DNA from: Octopus sinensis
Lineage: Eukaryota
Assembly (NCBI RefSeq): GCF_006345805.1
Contig: NC_043002.1
Coordinates: 81,096,001-81,160,000 of the forward strand
Length of the DNA stretch: 64,000 nt
Direction of reading: 5' to 3'
Below the pieces are notes generated by a model. That model saw nothing but the letters and a program-made list of their open reading frames with translations. It was not told the origin of the DNA and did not search any database. Below are positions 39,010-52,677 of the stretch, one piece after another (position 1 is the first letter of the stretch; every line of letters begins with the position of its first letter). A program made the translations under genes and the position numbers.

Positions 39010-39065
<56 letters not shown>

Positions 39066-39066
39066 C

Positions 39067-39218
39067 GACAGGTTTCTTTCAGTTTCCATCTAAATCCACT
39101 CACATGCTTTTGGTCGGCCTGAGGCTATAGTAGAAGCACATGCCTAAGGTGTCACGCAGTGGGACTGAACCCGGGACCATGTGGTTGGTAAGCATGGTAC
39201 TTACCACACAGCCACTCC
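39067..39218 (-). mobile_element. SINE family B
   Basis: GACAGGTTTCTTTCAGTTTCC...GAGGCTATAGTAGAAG...GGGACTGAACCCGGGACCATGTGGTTGGTAAGC...CCACACAGCCACTCC. Confidence 0.88.
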
Positions 39219-39460
39219 AGTACCTGTGTACATTTTTTATCGTATATCTTTTACTTGTTTTCACTCATTGGACTGCGACTATGCTGCGGAATTGCTATGA
39301 AGGGCTTAGTAGGACAAATGATCCCAATATTAAGCATGGTACCAATTCTATTTGCCTCTTTTGCCGAAACGTTAAATTACAGACATACACAAACCAAATG
39401 TGACTAAGAAGCGGTGGGGGAAGAACGCATACACAAATTCAGTATATATATGTATATATA

Positions 39461-39504
<44 letters not shown>

Positions 39505-39539
39505 TATTATATATATTATATATATATTATATATTATAT

Positions 39540-39579
<40 letters not shown>

Positions 39580-39603
39580 ATGTATGTTGTGTGTGTTGTG
39601 TGT

Positions 39604-39880
39604 TGGATGCGCAATGGCCCAGTGGTTAGGGCAGCGGGCTCGCGGTTGTAGGATCGCGGTTTCGATTCCCAGACCGGGAGTTGTGAGTGTTCATTGAGCG
39701 AACACCTATGCTCCACGAGGCTCCAGCAGGGGTTTGTGGCGATCCCTGCTGTACTCTTTCGCCTCAACTTTCCCTCACTGTTTCTTCTGTTGGCCTGCTC
39801 GCTAAAACAATGCGAAGCGCATTGTGACCAGCGATGTGTAGCAACATCTGATAGCCTGGTCGGTCACGGTGATCACGGTA
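39604..39880 (+). mobile_element. tRNA-derived SINE family D
   Basis: GGATGCGCAATGGCCCAGTGGTTAGGGCAGCG (A box), GGTTTCGATTCCC (B box), unique body ending in a TA tract. Confidence 0.8.
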
Positions 39881-39920
39881 TATATATATATATCTATATA
39901 TATATATATATATATATATA

Positions 39921-40680
39921 CTAGCTGTTGGAACCGGCGTTGCTCGCGTTTTCCGTGTTGAAGTTAAACCCACCTCTGACTTTGTATTGAAATTTTCTAC
40001 GTTCCCCGTGCCAACTATTACCCATTAAGATTTTATGTCTGGTTCGGCAGGAATTTTACCCAGTTAACGTGTTCGACATAATCCTACATACCGGACCGTC
40101 TAAAATCGGAGTCAAACTTTTGGGTGTACCTCGACTCGTTGAGAATGATGTTCGTTTATTTCTCTCCCCTTAATGCCACCCTCTATACAAAATTGATCAG
40201 CGTATCCAATCTCAGCAAAATCTGAAGAAAACTGTTATGGTTATGTCATAAATTGAATTCATGTGACCATTTACATGAAAATATAAAAGTTACGGCCAAA
40301 AATAAAATCCCTATGGGTATTTGCACGCAAAAGGCCTATTGATTTTATAAAACCACTGCTCAGGCGCAATTATCGATTTTTTGTCAACGCCATATATTGA
40401 CATCAACTCACTGCCATGACCCTCCCTCACTCATCGATTTTGATGAAAATCGGGCAAAAAATGCAAAAGCTGCAGGAAATATTACAACGTTATGGGAATT
40501 TCTATTCAAGCGCCCGCACCCGATTGAGCTCACAAAAATCGATGCATTATCGAGCTTTCGAAAAATTTCGGCCTTATTTGAACTTCAGATCATGTGATCT
40601 ACCTATGTGCCAAAAATCATTAAAATCGGTTGGAAGATGTGGGAGGGGTTAGAGTAACCCAAAACATACACACAGACTAC
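39921..40680 (-). mobile_element. Non-autonomous Helitron
   Basis: Plus strand starts CTAGCTGTTGGAACCGGCGTTGCTCGCG (3' CTAG and hairpin on minus, similar to 56846); far end AAAATCGGTTGGAAGATGTGGGAGGGGTTAG resembles 57285-57305; 5' TC end not visible. Confidence 0.7.
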
Positions 40681-40940
40681 AACAACGATGGTGATGATGA
40701 TTATGATGATGGTAACGATGATATTGATGATTATGATGATGAGGAGGAGGAGGAGGAAGAAGAAGAAGAAAAAGAAGAAGAAGAAGAAGAAAAGAAGAAG
40801 AAGAAGAAGAAGAAGAAGAAAAGAAGAAGAAGAAGAAGAAGAAGAAGAAGAAGAAGAAAAAGAAGAAGAAGAAGAAGAAGAAGAAGAAAGAAGAAGAAGA
40901 AGAAGAAGAAGAAGAAGAAGAAGAAGAAGAAGAAGAAGAG
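40680..40940. repeat. (GAT)n-(GAG)n-(GAA)n microsatellite
   Basis: Direct reading. Confidence 0.95.
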
Positions 40941-41544
40941 GGGGAACTGTGCGCTTGCTAACACTTCCGGAGTCCTGCTAATTTGAAAAGAGTCAAACTG
41001 TCTTGTAGTTTGTTTAATACGAGTGCACAATATATTATCAAACAAAATTTTATCGACATTGAAAGGATGTGGCGGAAAAGTGAATCACTCATGACTTGAA
41101 CTCAGTACCTAAAGAGAACTATATCCCTATTCTCTGAGTTCTGTACTTAAATATTTCATTTCCTATTGATAGATATATAGAGGCAGTTTTGATTTATGAA
41201 ACTGAGTTTACAGAAACAGGTGACTAACAACAATACATTCGGAATATCCTCGAGCCCAGTAAACCTCCGCAGATGCACTTTTAGACTGGAATGTAGAACT
41301 TATAGAGGTTAGGTTAAGCTTCACTGAAAGAGTACTAAAATCAGCTGGTATAGATGGCCTGAGGAGATTGTAACAAGATACATGTGTGGTGTATGTGTGT
41401 GTCTGTGTGTGTGTATGGACGGTTGAGTGTGTTCGTATATATATATGTGTGTGTGTGAGTGTATATATATATATATATATACATGCATACATTTGCACTT
41501 ATATACCCGTATAGAGAGAGGCAGAAAGACAGACATATATAGAC

Positions 41545-41577
<33 letters not shown>

Positions 41578-42729
41578 TGTATTTATGCATGTATGTATGT
41601 ATGTATGTATATATGTAGGCATGTATGTAGGTATGTAGGTATGTATGTGTATATGTATGTGTGTGTGTGTATTCATAGCTTATTTTGATACATATATATA
41701 AGTATATACATAAATGTATGTTCATAGATACTTTCTTGTGTGTGTTTATATTTACAAGCACACACAACACACACACACACAAATACATAATATATATATG
41801 TGTGTGGGTTTGTGTGTGCGTATTTGTGTGTACTGTGTGTGTTTGTAAATATAAACACACAAGCTTATATATATTTATAGTACATGCACATATACATATA
41901 CACAATATTACATATATATATATACATATGTGTATATGTGACATACGTACATATATATATATATATATACGTACTTACATATATGTATAATATGAACATA
42001 CACACACATATTATACTTACAAACTGGGATAGAAATACGAGAAGGGTTATGAATATATATTTATATGTTGTTATATATACGTTTATACACGTGTGTGTGC
42101 GTATGTGTATGTGTATGTGTGTGTACCCGTGGATAAATGGAGCAAGAGAGAATAAGAGTGAAACAGGAAGGTGAGAGAGTGTAAGACGGAGAGATACATG
42201 TATACACACTGGAGTGAAAGGAATGTTTGTGAGCTGAGAAAAGAGAGAAAATTGACACAAGCAATACAAACTGACATAACAGATATAATAGACATTCGAG
42301 ATAAATGAAGAATATTATGGACGATCAAGTGTGAATTTACGCGGTTGACCAACGACAGACAGAAGAATATATATCTATCTGCTACTGAGGGGAATTCATT
42401 GCAAAATATCAAGTATTAATGGTTAAAACAACGTCACTAACTAAAATGACTTTTAACTTACTTTTTCGAAGTTTATTTGTTCATGCTCATCGTTTTATTA
42501 CGCGCGTTATGCCATCTCTCTTACGTGTTATTGTACAAGAAATAAACTAACGCTCATTCAAATTTTTGTAGCAAAATATAAACTCGCAAGCGAAAGAAAA
42601 TAAATTTTAATAAACCGCTGCTGTCCTTGATAGAAGCTAAATAGCAACACATTCTCATTTTGTTGGTGGGGTTTTCAATCTGTATTTCTAGTCATTTTGT
42701 CGATGAAATAAATTAGTCATGTTGATTTC

Positions 42730-42754
<25 letters not shown>

Positions 42755-42769
<15 letters not shown>

Positions 42770-43050
42770 TTGTTTATTTACTTTAGTCAGTCATTGGATT
42801 GCGGCTATGCTAAGGCAGCACCTTCAAGGCTTCCGTCGATCAAATCGGCCTCAGTATTAATGTTTTTTAAAGATGTCTGGTACTTGCACTATCGGTGTCT
42901 TTTGCTGACTCGTTAAATTACGGGAACGTAATTAAACACAGTTCGTCAAACGGCGCGGAAACAAGCACAAACACACACACACACACATGGATACATACAT
43001 ACATACATACATACATACATACATACATACATACATACATACATACATAC

Positions 43051-43081
<31 letters not shown>

Positions 43082-43290
43082 CATACAAGTGTATGTGTGT
43101 GTGTGCACACGCGCTTGAGTGTGTGCTTGTGTATACACACACATGTACGTAAACGACAGGATTTTATAGAGACTCCATCCCATCAACGGAATCCATACAC
43201 AAGGCTTTAGAAAGCTTTGCGGGTATAGGGAAAATTTGTTTAAGGTGACACGTAGTTGGACAGAAGCCGAAATCACAAAACCATAATTCA
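42755..43290 (-). mobile_element. Degenerate SINE family B spanning an internal (TACA)n tract
   Basis: TTTAGTCAGTCATTGGATTGCGGCTATGC tail; core GAATCCATACACAAGGCTTT...TTTAAGGTGACACGTAGT. Confidence 0.6.
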
Positions 43291-43374
43291 GACTATTTAC
43301 CCTATTTAGAAGTGAAATATTAATGATCATCTGAAAGGAGTACTAAGATCCTGAGATCCTTTGTAAAACAGTCA

Positions 43375-43753
43375 CAAGACCTAAAACTTGAGGGAGGAAG
43401 CTAATTGATTACATCGATCCCTGTGATCAACTGGTGCTTATGTCATAGACCCCGAAAGGGAAGAAAGGCATTTTGACCGGCGTGCTAATGATTAGGCTTG
43501 CTCGCCATCTTGAAGGTAGTAGTAATATTCCTTATTTCTTTATTGCTCACAAGGGGCTAAACATAGAGGGGACAAACAAGGACAGACATAGAGATTAAGT
43601 CGATTACATCGTAACTGGTACTTAATTTATCGACCCCGAAAGGATGAAAGGCGAAGTCGACCTCGGCGGAATTTGAACTCAGAACGTAGCGGCAGACGAA
43701 ATACCGCTAAGCATTTCACCTTGTGTGCTAACGATTCTGCCAGCTCGCCGCCT
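43375..43753 (-). mobile_element. Two adjacent SINE family A copies
   Basis: 43527-43753 is nearly consensus (CTCACAAGGGGCTAAACATAGAGGGGACAAACAAGG...CTGCCAGCTCGCCGCC); 43375-43510 is internally deleted. Confidence 0.88.
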
Positions 43754-44024
43754 TGTAGTAGTAATATTCCAAAACCCAATAGGTGCGAATTATTACTGCA
43801 TATTCAGATGCAGAGTTGGCACAAATTCGATGCCTTAAAATATTTGGATGCAGGTATCCCTAATCTTTCAGTCAGGAGAAACAGCAGTGTCCATGTCACT
43901 TTAAAGGGGCCCTATGACAGCTGCGAGGGAGAAAACGTGATATCGTCAAATTAAAGACCAGGTCCAAATGCTTGCAACAAATTGAACTCCTCTAAATCTA
44001 ACCCCTCCTTATATGCCATAATGT

Positions 44025-44250
44025 GATTTGAACTCAGAATGCAAAGAACCGGAACAGACATTGCAAGACGTTTTTACATCTGCGCCAATCCACCGCCCTA
44101 CACTGGTTCATGATTTTCTTATTGAACCCCAAAAATAATGAAAGGTAGGATTGACCTCGGCGGATTTTGAACTCAAATGTAGAGAATTGGAATAAACACT
44201 GTGAAGCATTCCATCCAACGGCTCTAACGGCTCTGCCGAATCGCCACCTA
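44025..44250 (-). mobile_element. Two partial SINE family A-related copies
   Basis: TTTGAACTCAGAATG at 44029 and GGATTGACCTCGGCGGATTTTGAACTC at 44149-44175. Confidence 0.65.
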
Positions 44251-44574
44251 TGGTATAAAATAAGTAAGATAAATGAGATCGGCAAAAAGAGAGACAGATA
44301 AAGAGTGTACGTTTGATGCTGGTTGGTTACATAGAAATATGGCTGCTGGTGTAGGTGGGCAGTGATGAATGAAGCTAGAGATGGTTATAGGAAGGTCATT
44401 AACGAATAAACGAAAAAGAGACTTGGAGAAATGTCAGGGGTTAATATCAACTCAATCGGACACATAACATTCTAATTTGAAAAATGCATCCTCTGTCTCT
44501 GTCTGCTTGTCTGTTTCTCCCCTCTCTCAAGACTAATATAAACTTATTATTCTGAACAGTAATCCTTTCTACTA

Positions 44575-44755
44575 TAGGTACAAGGTCTGAAATTGAAGGA
44601 GGGGATGGTCGATTACATCGACCCTAGTACTCGATTAATACTTTATTCATCGACCCCGAAAGGACGAAAAGCAATGTCAACTTCGACAGATTTTGGACTC
44701 AGAGCGAAGCGACGGACGACATGCCGCTTAGCATTTCACCCGACGGGCTAACGAG
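44575..44755 (-). mobile_element. SINE family A
   Basis: GTCGATTACATCGACCCTAGT...ATCGACCCCGAAAGGACGAAAAGC...GCTTAGCATTTCACCCG. Confidence 0.8.
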
Positions 44756-45074
44756 CCTAATTCCTTTGAAAGTTTCCCATAAGATCACTGGATACGAATC
44801 GCTAATCCCCAAAAGAGTAGCAGACATGATAGCAGACAGCGAGAGAGGAACTGCCATTTCGGTTAAATGATAATGGAGACAATGGCATCATGTGTTCTGA
44901 TGCAACAACGACAGCTAAAAGCAAGCAACAACAACATAAAGGACCACAGAAATGTAGTGAAAATCATTAAGAAACAATTGAAAATTAGACAAGGGGAATA
45001 ACGTCCTAAGATTACGAAGAGTAATTAACAAGTAGAAAATAATGTAAGTCTCACAAAACAAACACATGCACACA

Positions 45075-45147
<73 letters not shown>

Positions 45148-45375
45148 TCACACACACGCATATATATGTATCAGAACAGATCGCTTATAACAAACAAGCT
45201 GCTCTTGATAACAATGTTAGTACAACCTGCACATCGTCAGTTCATCTACAAATACAGCAGCAACTCACCAAACTTGCAGCTACAGAAAGCTGGAGAGACT
45301 AATTTGCATACCATATCTTTCCAGTATTTTACTTAACATCAAGGACCTGTCGACAAGGATTCATAGGCATAGATA

Positions 45376-45540
45376 GGCGCCGGAGTTGCTGTGTGGTAAG
45401 TAGCTTGCTTACCAACCACATGGTTCCGGGTTCAGTCCCACTACGTGACACCTTGGGCAAGTGTCTTCTACTATAGCCTCTACCCTACCAAAGACTTGCG
45501 AGTGGATTTGGCAAACGGAAACTGAAAGAAGCCTGCCGTA
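45376..45540 (+). mobile_element. SINE family B (5' part)
   Basis: GGCGCCGGAGTTGCTGTGTGGTAAG...CACCTTGGGCAAGTGTCTTCTACTATAGCCTC...GGAAACTGAAAGAAGCC. Confidence 0.9.
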
Positions 45541-45559
45541 TATATTTCCGAGCCTTCTG

Positions 45560-46095
45560 GCTATTCCAGTCCGCCCCTCCACCTCGCACATGTTCCTCAA
45601 CCTATCCCCTCCCTCCTTCAAACGAGCCCATAACCCGAGTGACCACCTAGTCCACAGTTTCTTTCCTAACCCCTGCTCCTAGCCTGGCTCATTACCCTGC
45701 TCCCGCCCACGCTGCCACACCTGCCCCTACTTCTCCAACACTACCATCTTCACAAGCGCCCATCATTGTTACTATCACATCATTGACTCCTTTACCTGCA
45801 CTTCTAGTAATGTCATTTACTACATCTCCTGCTCTCTCTGTCCTTCCCCATACACGGGTCAAACGGTATGCCGCTTGGCTGACCGGTTCGCGGAGCACCT
45901 TCAAAATACCAGACTCGGCAATGACACTCGCGCCATTTCCGCTCTACTGGTCACTCGATACAATATCTGTCTGTGTTCAGACTATCTTCGCACAGGGGCC
46001 GCCCGGAATCCCGCCTTCGCCGTGAACAGAAATTAATCTTCTCTCTTCGCTCCTTTGTCCCACATGGGCTCAACTCACCTCCTCTCTTCATTTGA
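45560..46095 (+). pseudogene. Penelope-like element GIY-YIG endonuclease domain remnant
   Basis: CSRPRCHTC...FTCTSSNVIYYISCSLCPSPYTGQTVCRLADRFAEHL, then after a frameshift RHFRSTGHS...RLRREQKLIFSLRSFVPHGLNSPPLFI* (stop 46093-46095). Confidence 0.92.
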
Positions 46096-46114
46096 CATCA
46101 ACCCCACACTACTT

Positions 46115-46149
<35 letters not shown>

Positions 46150-46216
46150 GTAGCATGGTCACAGCCTCAAGGTTGAAAACATATAAAAGAATAAATATAT
46201 ATATATATAATATATA

Positions 46217-46256
<40 letters not shown>

Positions 46257-47539
46257 GCATATACATGGTGAATCAGGGTGTATATGTGCTTCATCTTCTA
46301 CGATATTCGACCACATTGCTCAGTTGAGAGTTTGTAATAATTAAGCCTACCCCTTCATGGAAAATGGAAACAAGTCGTATAGTCCTTAGAGTAAGCAGTT
46401 TCATCCTCTGAGTGACCTCTCGCGGATCGCTTTCTTCCTGCCCACTTTTCATTGCGATTGGCCAGTTATGTTTATCAAGATGCATACGTGTACTCAAGTG
46501 TGTTAACTGGATCCTCGGTGCAGTGAGAAATATTGGCGACGTGTTTTGCTCTTCTGGGTGTTAAGTTACAAATTCATGGAGTTGTCACTGTTCCTACTAC
46601 AACGACTTATTTCTAAAGTCTAGTGTTCATCTATAATTTTTGAGAGATCTGAACTTGGTTCGTTTAAGCCTCTAACCTCGTTCGCCATTTTTAGCGAGTC
46701 ATGCAATAGCTGTTAACCCGGGACGGCGTTCTTATATGGGTATTACTTCTTATATGGACAGTGACACCAAGAACTTGTACCTGTTTCCATCTGGATTACA
46801 TCGTCAGTGTTCCACAATATCCTTGCCATTTTGTCATAATCATATTATGTGCTTAGTTGCATGCAATATCTCGGCAGCAACAACAGAAGTCAACATAATA
46901 CAGGAACAAGAACAACAGCATCGGGAGCAGCAGCGGCGGCGGGGGCAAAAATTCAATAACCTAACAGCAACAAAAACAACAGCAGCAACAAAAAACAACA
47001 GCAGCACCAAAAGCAGCAGCGATAGTAGAAGTACACTGATAGCAAGTACAATACAGCAGCAGCAACTGAAGCAGCAATAGAAGTTTCAACATCATGAGCA
47101 AGAGTAGTAGTCCTAGCAGCAGCAGCAGCGGCAACAGCGGCAGAAAGAGAAATAGTATATGTCGTAGTACCACAGCAGCAGGAACAGCAACAATAACAGC
47201 AGCAACAACAGTAACGGCGGCAAGGATCGTCTCAACAGCAATATCAACTAAAAATGGAACCCCTAACGTAACCCCTTCCGGATCGTTCGGTATGTTAGAA
47301 ATAGCAGGTAATATCTCTCGCAAATCACATTGTATCTACTTTGGCGCTAGAGATCGCATTAGGTAATGAAGTCCTAGAACGACGAGATGGTCACGTTCGG
47401 AATACCTGGTACATATAATGTGACATGGGGCTCTCATAGGGCTAAACAGTTGTAACGGAGTAAATTAAATGATTTTTTCGGAAAAATAGCAACAATAAAA
47501 ATGGTGATAGTAACAGACAAAACAGTAATAGCACCTACT

Positions 47540-48198
47540 GCGCCAGCAGTGACAATAACAACAATAACAGCAGCAGCAGCAGCCACAACAACAACAACAA
47601 CAACAATAATGATAATAATATCATTGATTTGCCACAAGGGCGAACGATGCGAGGGTTAATACAGAGACAGACAGAAGAGGAGGAGGCGGAGGAGGAAGAG
47701 GTGTGGTGGTGGTGGTGGAAGAGGAGAAGGGGAGGGGGGGAGGGGAGGGGGAGGAGGACGCGATGGTGGTGGAGGAGGAAGAAGCGGTGGTGGTGGAAGA
47801 GGAGGAGATGAAGACGAGGAGGAGGAGATGAAGACGAGGAGGAGGAGATGAAGACGAGGAGGAGGAGATGAAGACGAGGAGGAGGAGATGAAGACGAGGA
47901 AGAGGAAGAAGGGTGGTGGTGGTGGAGGAGGAGGAGATGAAAACGAGGGGGAGGAGGAGGAAAAAGAAGAAGAAGAAGAAGAAGAAGAAGAAGAAGAAGA
48001 AGAAGAAGAAAACAATTGTTGTAGCAACAACAAAACCAACAACATGGACACAAACACAACAGTATCAAAATTAACAACAAAAATGGCGACGAAGATAACA
48101 ACAATAATAATGGGAACAACAACAATCAACAACATCAAAAAAAAAAAGACAATCAATTAGAAAAACAACAATCACCACAACAATAACGACAACGCTAA

Positions 48199-48229
<31 letters not shown>

Positions 48230-48250
48230 AACAACAACAACAACATCAAT
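47540..48250. repeat. Compound trinucleotide tract (CAA/GTG/GAG/GAA) including a perfect 20-bp minisatellite
   Basis: GGAGGAGATGAAGACGAGGA five times at 47801-47900. Confidence 0.92.
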
Positions 48251-48839
48251 AACGGTACGAATATATTTATTCTTCAACAAGCTACATAAATTTTAAACTG
48301 TTCCCTTCAAAATCAATTTTGGGTGATTTATGTATGTCTCCTTGCTTTTAACCCTCTTCAAATCAAATTTAGTGGGAGTAAGTAGGCGGCCATTAAATAA
48401 ATTTTGTTTTTTGTTTTTTGTTTTCCTTTTTGTTTTCTTTTTTTCTTTTTTGTTCGTAGGTGGGGAAACAAAATGTCCTTTGTAGGGTCTACTTTATATG
48501 GTGAGGGGGGGGGGAGGTTAATGTTCGTTGAACAATTAAGTTGTCAACAGGAGTGGATAGATAAATGCTGTAATTTGAGATGTTATCTATTTAAATGTTA
48601 TCCGCACACTTCCTCTTCGTGCTTTGTTCTTTTTTTTTCTTTTATTCTGATGTTTATTTTTATTTTTTGTTTTGCTGTTTTTGTTGTTTCTTGCTTTGCT
48701 TTTTTTTTTGCAGTTTTATCATTGTTTCATTTTTTTTGTCTTTTCTTTTATCCTTTGTAATATACCTTGTTCGCATTCACATACACACAAACACACACAC
48801 ACACATGTGCATACGCGTATACGTACCAACTGGAGTATG

Positions 48840-49290
<451 letters not shown>

Positions 49291-49342
49291 AATTATGTGT
49301 AAGTATACTTGCAAACTTATATATACATACACACATCACACG

Positions 49343-49375
<33 letters not shown>

Positions 49376-49376
49376 G

Positions 49377-49439
<63 letters not shown>

Positions 49440-49442
49440 CGT

Positions 49443-49818
49443 ATTTATAAACAAGGGTACAAAATAGTACCAGCTTTGCCAGAAATAAGTGTCAAAAACG
49501 ACTCAAAAAGACAAAAGCATTAACTTCATAAGTTGATGAAAGAGGGGAAGTGAGAAAGCTCTTTACCTTTGTGAGACAAACTCACGCAAGAAGTATCAAA
49601 TATATTCATATCACGTGATTTCAAACTCTGAATCATTACACCTTAGCTCTCGTCAGTGGTACTTACAGCGCCTTGGCGAGAGCTAAGAGTACGAAATCAC
49701 GAGATATGAATGTATCTGCTATTTCTTGTTTGAGTTAGTGCTTTTTGTGACTCTTTTAGTTGTTTTTGACTCTTGTTTCTAGCAATGCTGGAACTATTTC
49801 GTATCCTTGTTTATAAAT
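49443..49818. repeat. About 375-bp foldback (long imperfect palindrome) with two inverted hammerhead-like motifs at its centre
   Basis: ATTTATAAACAAGGGTACAAAATAGTACCAGC... matches the reverse complement of ...GCTGGAACTATTTCGTATCCTTGTTTATAAAT; inner arms 49601-49656 and 49673-49713. Confidence 0.85.
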
Positions 49819-49875
49819 TTGTCTTTAGGGTTGAATTTTCTAGCGGGCCACCTATATTATTTAGGACACCCTGGT

Positions 49876-51030
49876 CTCGCGCCATTTCCGCTCTACCGGC
49901 CATTCGCTACAATATCTGTCTGTGTTCGGACTGTCTCTGCGCAGGGGCCATCCAAACTCCCACCTTCACCGTGAACAATGATTAATCTTCTTTCTTCATC
50001 CTTTGCGCCACATGGGCTTAACTCACCTCCCCTCTTCATCTAATCCCAACCTCACCATTTTTTGACACCAATCCCACACGGATTCCCACTCACTTCCCAC
50101 GCCCTCCACCTACACGCCTATATACTACCTACCTCGGTACCTTCACCCACACGTACCACTATATACACACCTATACACACTGTTAAACTTATCACTCATT
50201 TTCACACATCTTTACACACACATCTACAGCACCTTCACACTCCATACACACTTCTAAGCACAAACATTACACTCCATCATCCACACACACACACATACAC
50301 ACGCTCTCTAATAGTGTCACCATACATACCACTATATGAGCAGCCAAACACAGAGTTTAACTCAGTATACATAACACACACTGTCATGCGCACTCCCACA
50401 CTCAAACAGGTACACAGTACGTGAACACTGACTATATATACTCCCACACTCGCACAAGCACATTATATTTGAACACAGACAATATAACACATGCACACAC
50501 ACGCATCACGCATAAACACATGCAACATTCATAGATAAAGAGAACTTTCGCCCACATACATACACTATACACATACACACTATTTGGCCACAATGATACA
50601 CACACATACACAAGTGCATACATCAACTGCTACACACACGTTACACACGCACACACACGTCGAACTCACTCTCCCCCATTCACATATAGACACTTATACA
50701 CTCACACACACACCTTTCTCACATACACACACACTCTTGCGCACATCTTCTTGTTGGGATCACCATGAATTATCTCCCTTTCATTTTAACTTCTCTTTGT
50801 TATTATCTCCATTTTCATTGAACCCTTTTTTCCAATCATTCGCCATGTTGGACCACTGAACTCAATACGTTTTTTCTTCATTCTCTATTTATTTACTCTT
50901 ATTCCTTCCTGTTGAAGAGCATAGGCTCGTAACGTAAAATACTTTTCCATTTTCCCTGAGCGTCAAACTAACACACTTTCTATTTTTTCCTACACCTGTC
51001 TTCGTCTTTGTTCTTCTATAAATTTGAACT
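49876..51030 (+). mobile_element. 5'-truncated Penelope-like element 3' end (same family as 45560-46095) with long CA-rich tail
   Basis: 49876-50041 aligns to 45925-46095 (CGCGCCATTTCCGCTCTAC...CACATGGGCT.AACTCACCTCC.CTCTTCAT); tail 50905-51030 is similar to 26620-26757. Confidence 0.8.
50909..50942 (+). ncRNA. Decayed copy of the A6U hammerhead-like motif in the PLE tail
   Basis: CTGTTGA-A-GAGC-ATAG-GCTC-GTAA-CGT-A; GAAA mutated to GTAA, stem I lost. Confidence 0.4.
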
Positions 51031-51269
51031 ATATATGTGTATGTATGTGCAAGTGTATATATGCTTATACATGTGTGTTCGTACGTCTATATAGATGTCA
51101 GCCAATTTTTTGAATGGGTGCGAAAGTTTTTCCTTTATATTCATTCACAGAGAAATTGTGCGTGTGCTTGTCTGTCTGTCTGTCTATCTGTCTGTCTGTG
51201 TACGTAGCTGAATGGTTAAGAAGTTCGATTCGTAATCATTAGTTTTGAGTTCAGTTTCATAGCGTAGCA

Positions 51270-51570
51270 TCTCATCTCGGCTGTCATTTTTCCGGGTATC
51301 TTAATTGATGTGTTTCTCAACCCGCATTTCTTCATGCGGAAATTAATATTTCGTTCGGTGCAGACGTGCAAAAATGATTGATAGCCCCCACCAAACTAAT
51401 TCATGCATCGAGAAAACATGCGTACTGTACCCGAACTATCAAGTTTTGCCGCTTAGTGAAGTGTGTTCTTGACAACAAATCAAACAACATATTCGCGATT
51501 TCATTTCCGCTCTTGCCTTGCCGAAATAACGAATAATGTGCTTCTCTGAAGCTTCTAGAATATGCAATAG
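51270..51570 (-). pseudogene. Probable Tc1/mariner transposase N-terminal (HTH) remnant
   Basis: FREAHYSLFRQGKSGNEIANML..LSR then SAPNEILISA*RN....EKMTAEM resemble Tc1-type HTH1 and the SARTK...VR.RI..NP.RS.RKMA.E linker. Confidence 0.45.
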
Positions 51571-52119
51571 GAATTTCTTTGAGAGCAGCTGTGTCTAATT
51601 GCAAGTAGAAAACCTCGTTGTTGTTTCTGGTGTGTTTCTTACATGACCCGCAGATTGCCCAAAATCTTATGAATGAAACAGTATAGATGGAAGCCATATT
51701 AGCAACCCAGAGGATGGAGCGTAACAATTATTTTACGCACTGGTATGATCCAATGATTCTATGCGCTGACCTTGTCACAGGCTCTCTTGCGCCGATTCTA
51801 CCTCAGTTGTAACTTACGGTTACACGCAGCTTGAAAACCTAATATTTATCAAGGTAACCGGTAGAGTAATTATTTTCACGTTTAGATGTGTGTGTGTGTA
51901 CGTTTATATGTGTGTGCAGGAGTTTGTATGTGCGTGCGTACATGTGTGTGTGCGTGTGTGCATGTACATGTGTACAGAGAAGGCAAACAAGGTTTTATTT
52001 TGCTCTTGTTTTGCCGTTGTTTAGCTCTAGGGCGGTCCAGACCAAAGTACTTAAGGTTGAAGCAGTCTCTACTCTCTGACCTACACTCTGACGTACTCCG
52101 CATTTGAAATTTTATCTCC

Positions 52120-52620
52120 ACACTTTCTCTCTTGTAAATCAACAACCCTCTTGCTGTGGCTCCCAATAATGTCAAACCTTATACTGATGATACCACCATC
52201 CATTCCTACCTGAACTTTCGCACCCAAGTATCATGCACACGGAACCCAGACCTGTCTAACTGATTTAACCGACAGAGATCACAAAATATCTTTCAATGGA
52301 GTTATGTCTATCATTGCTTTCTCGACAGCTGAAAGAAGTAATTACCACGCACATAAATAAAACAGAAATATAATGCTACTAGATCTTTGAAAATCGTTAC
52401 AAATCCTAAACCATACCATCAATGAAGATTTCTAAAGGATGTACAAATGCAACAAGCATAAGTTGAATCCCTAAAACTGGCTTACGTCTTGATGGCTAGA
52501 AGATACTTTGTTCCTGGCAACAATTGACTATCAACAAAGTTCAAATGAGACCCACAATGGATTACTTCTCCAACATGTAGGACAATGAGCTGCCATTAAT
52601 ATGTTGCTGCTCACCAAAAC
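52120..52620 (+). pseudogene. CR1/L2/Jockey-type LINE reverse transcriptase remnant
   Basis: NNPLAVAPNNVKPYTDDTTIHS (YADD-like), ...NIFQWS, later ARRYF..QLTINKVQMRPTMDY (as in LYKAQVRP.MEY). Confidence 0.7.
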
Positions 52621-52677
52621 ACAGTATGCTCTAATCCACAGATTATCTGTCATTTTTCTAATATTTCTACCATAACT

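Noticed and set aside
46736-47366. Q/S/T-rich ORFs of 90-120 aa
   Set aside because: Degenerate CAG/CAA repeats open in several frames on both strands, with no domain
48378-48459. 82-nt intron-like segment (GTAAGT...poly-T...TAG)
   Set aside because: Flanking frames close quickly and T-rich tracts are ubiquitous here
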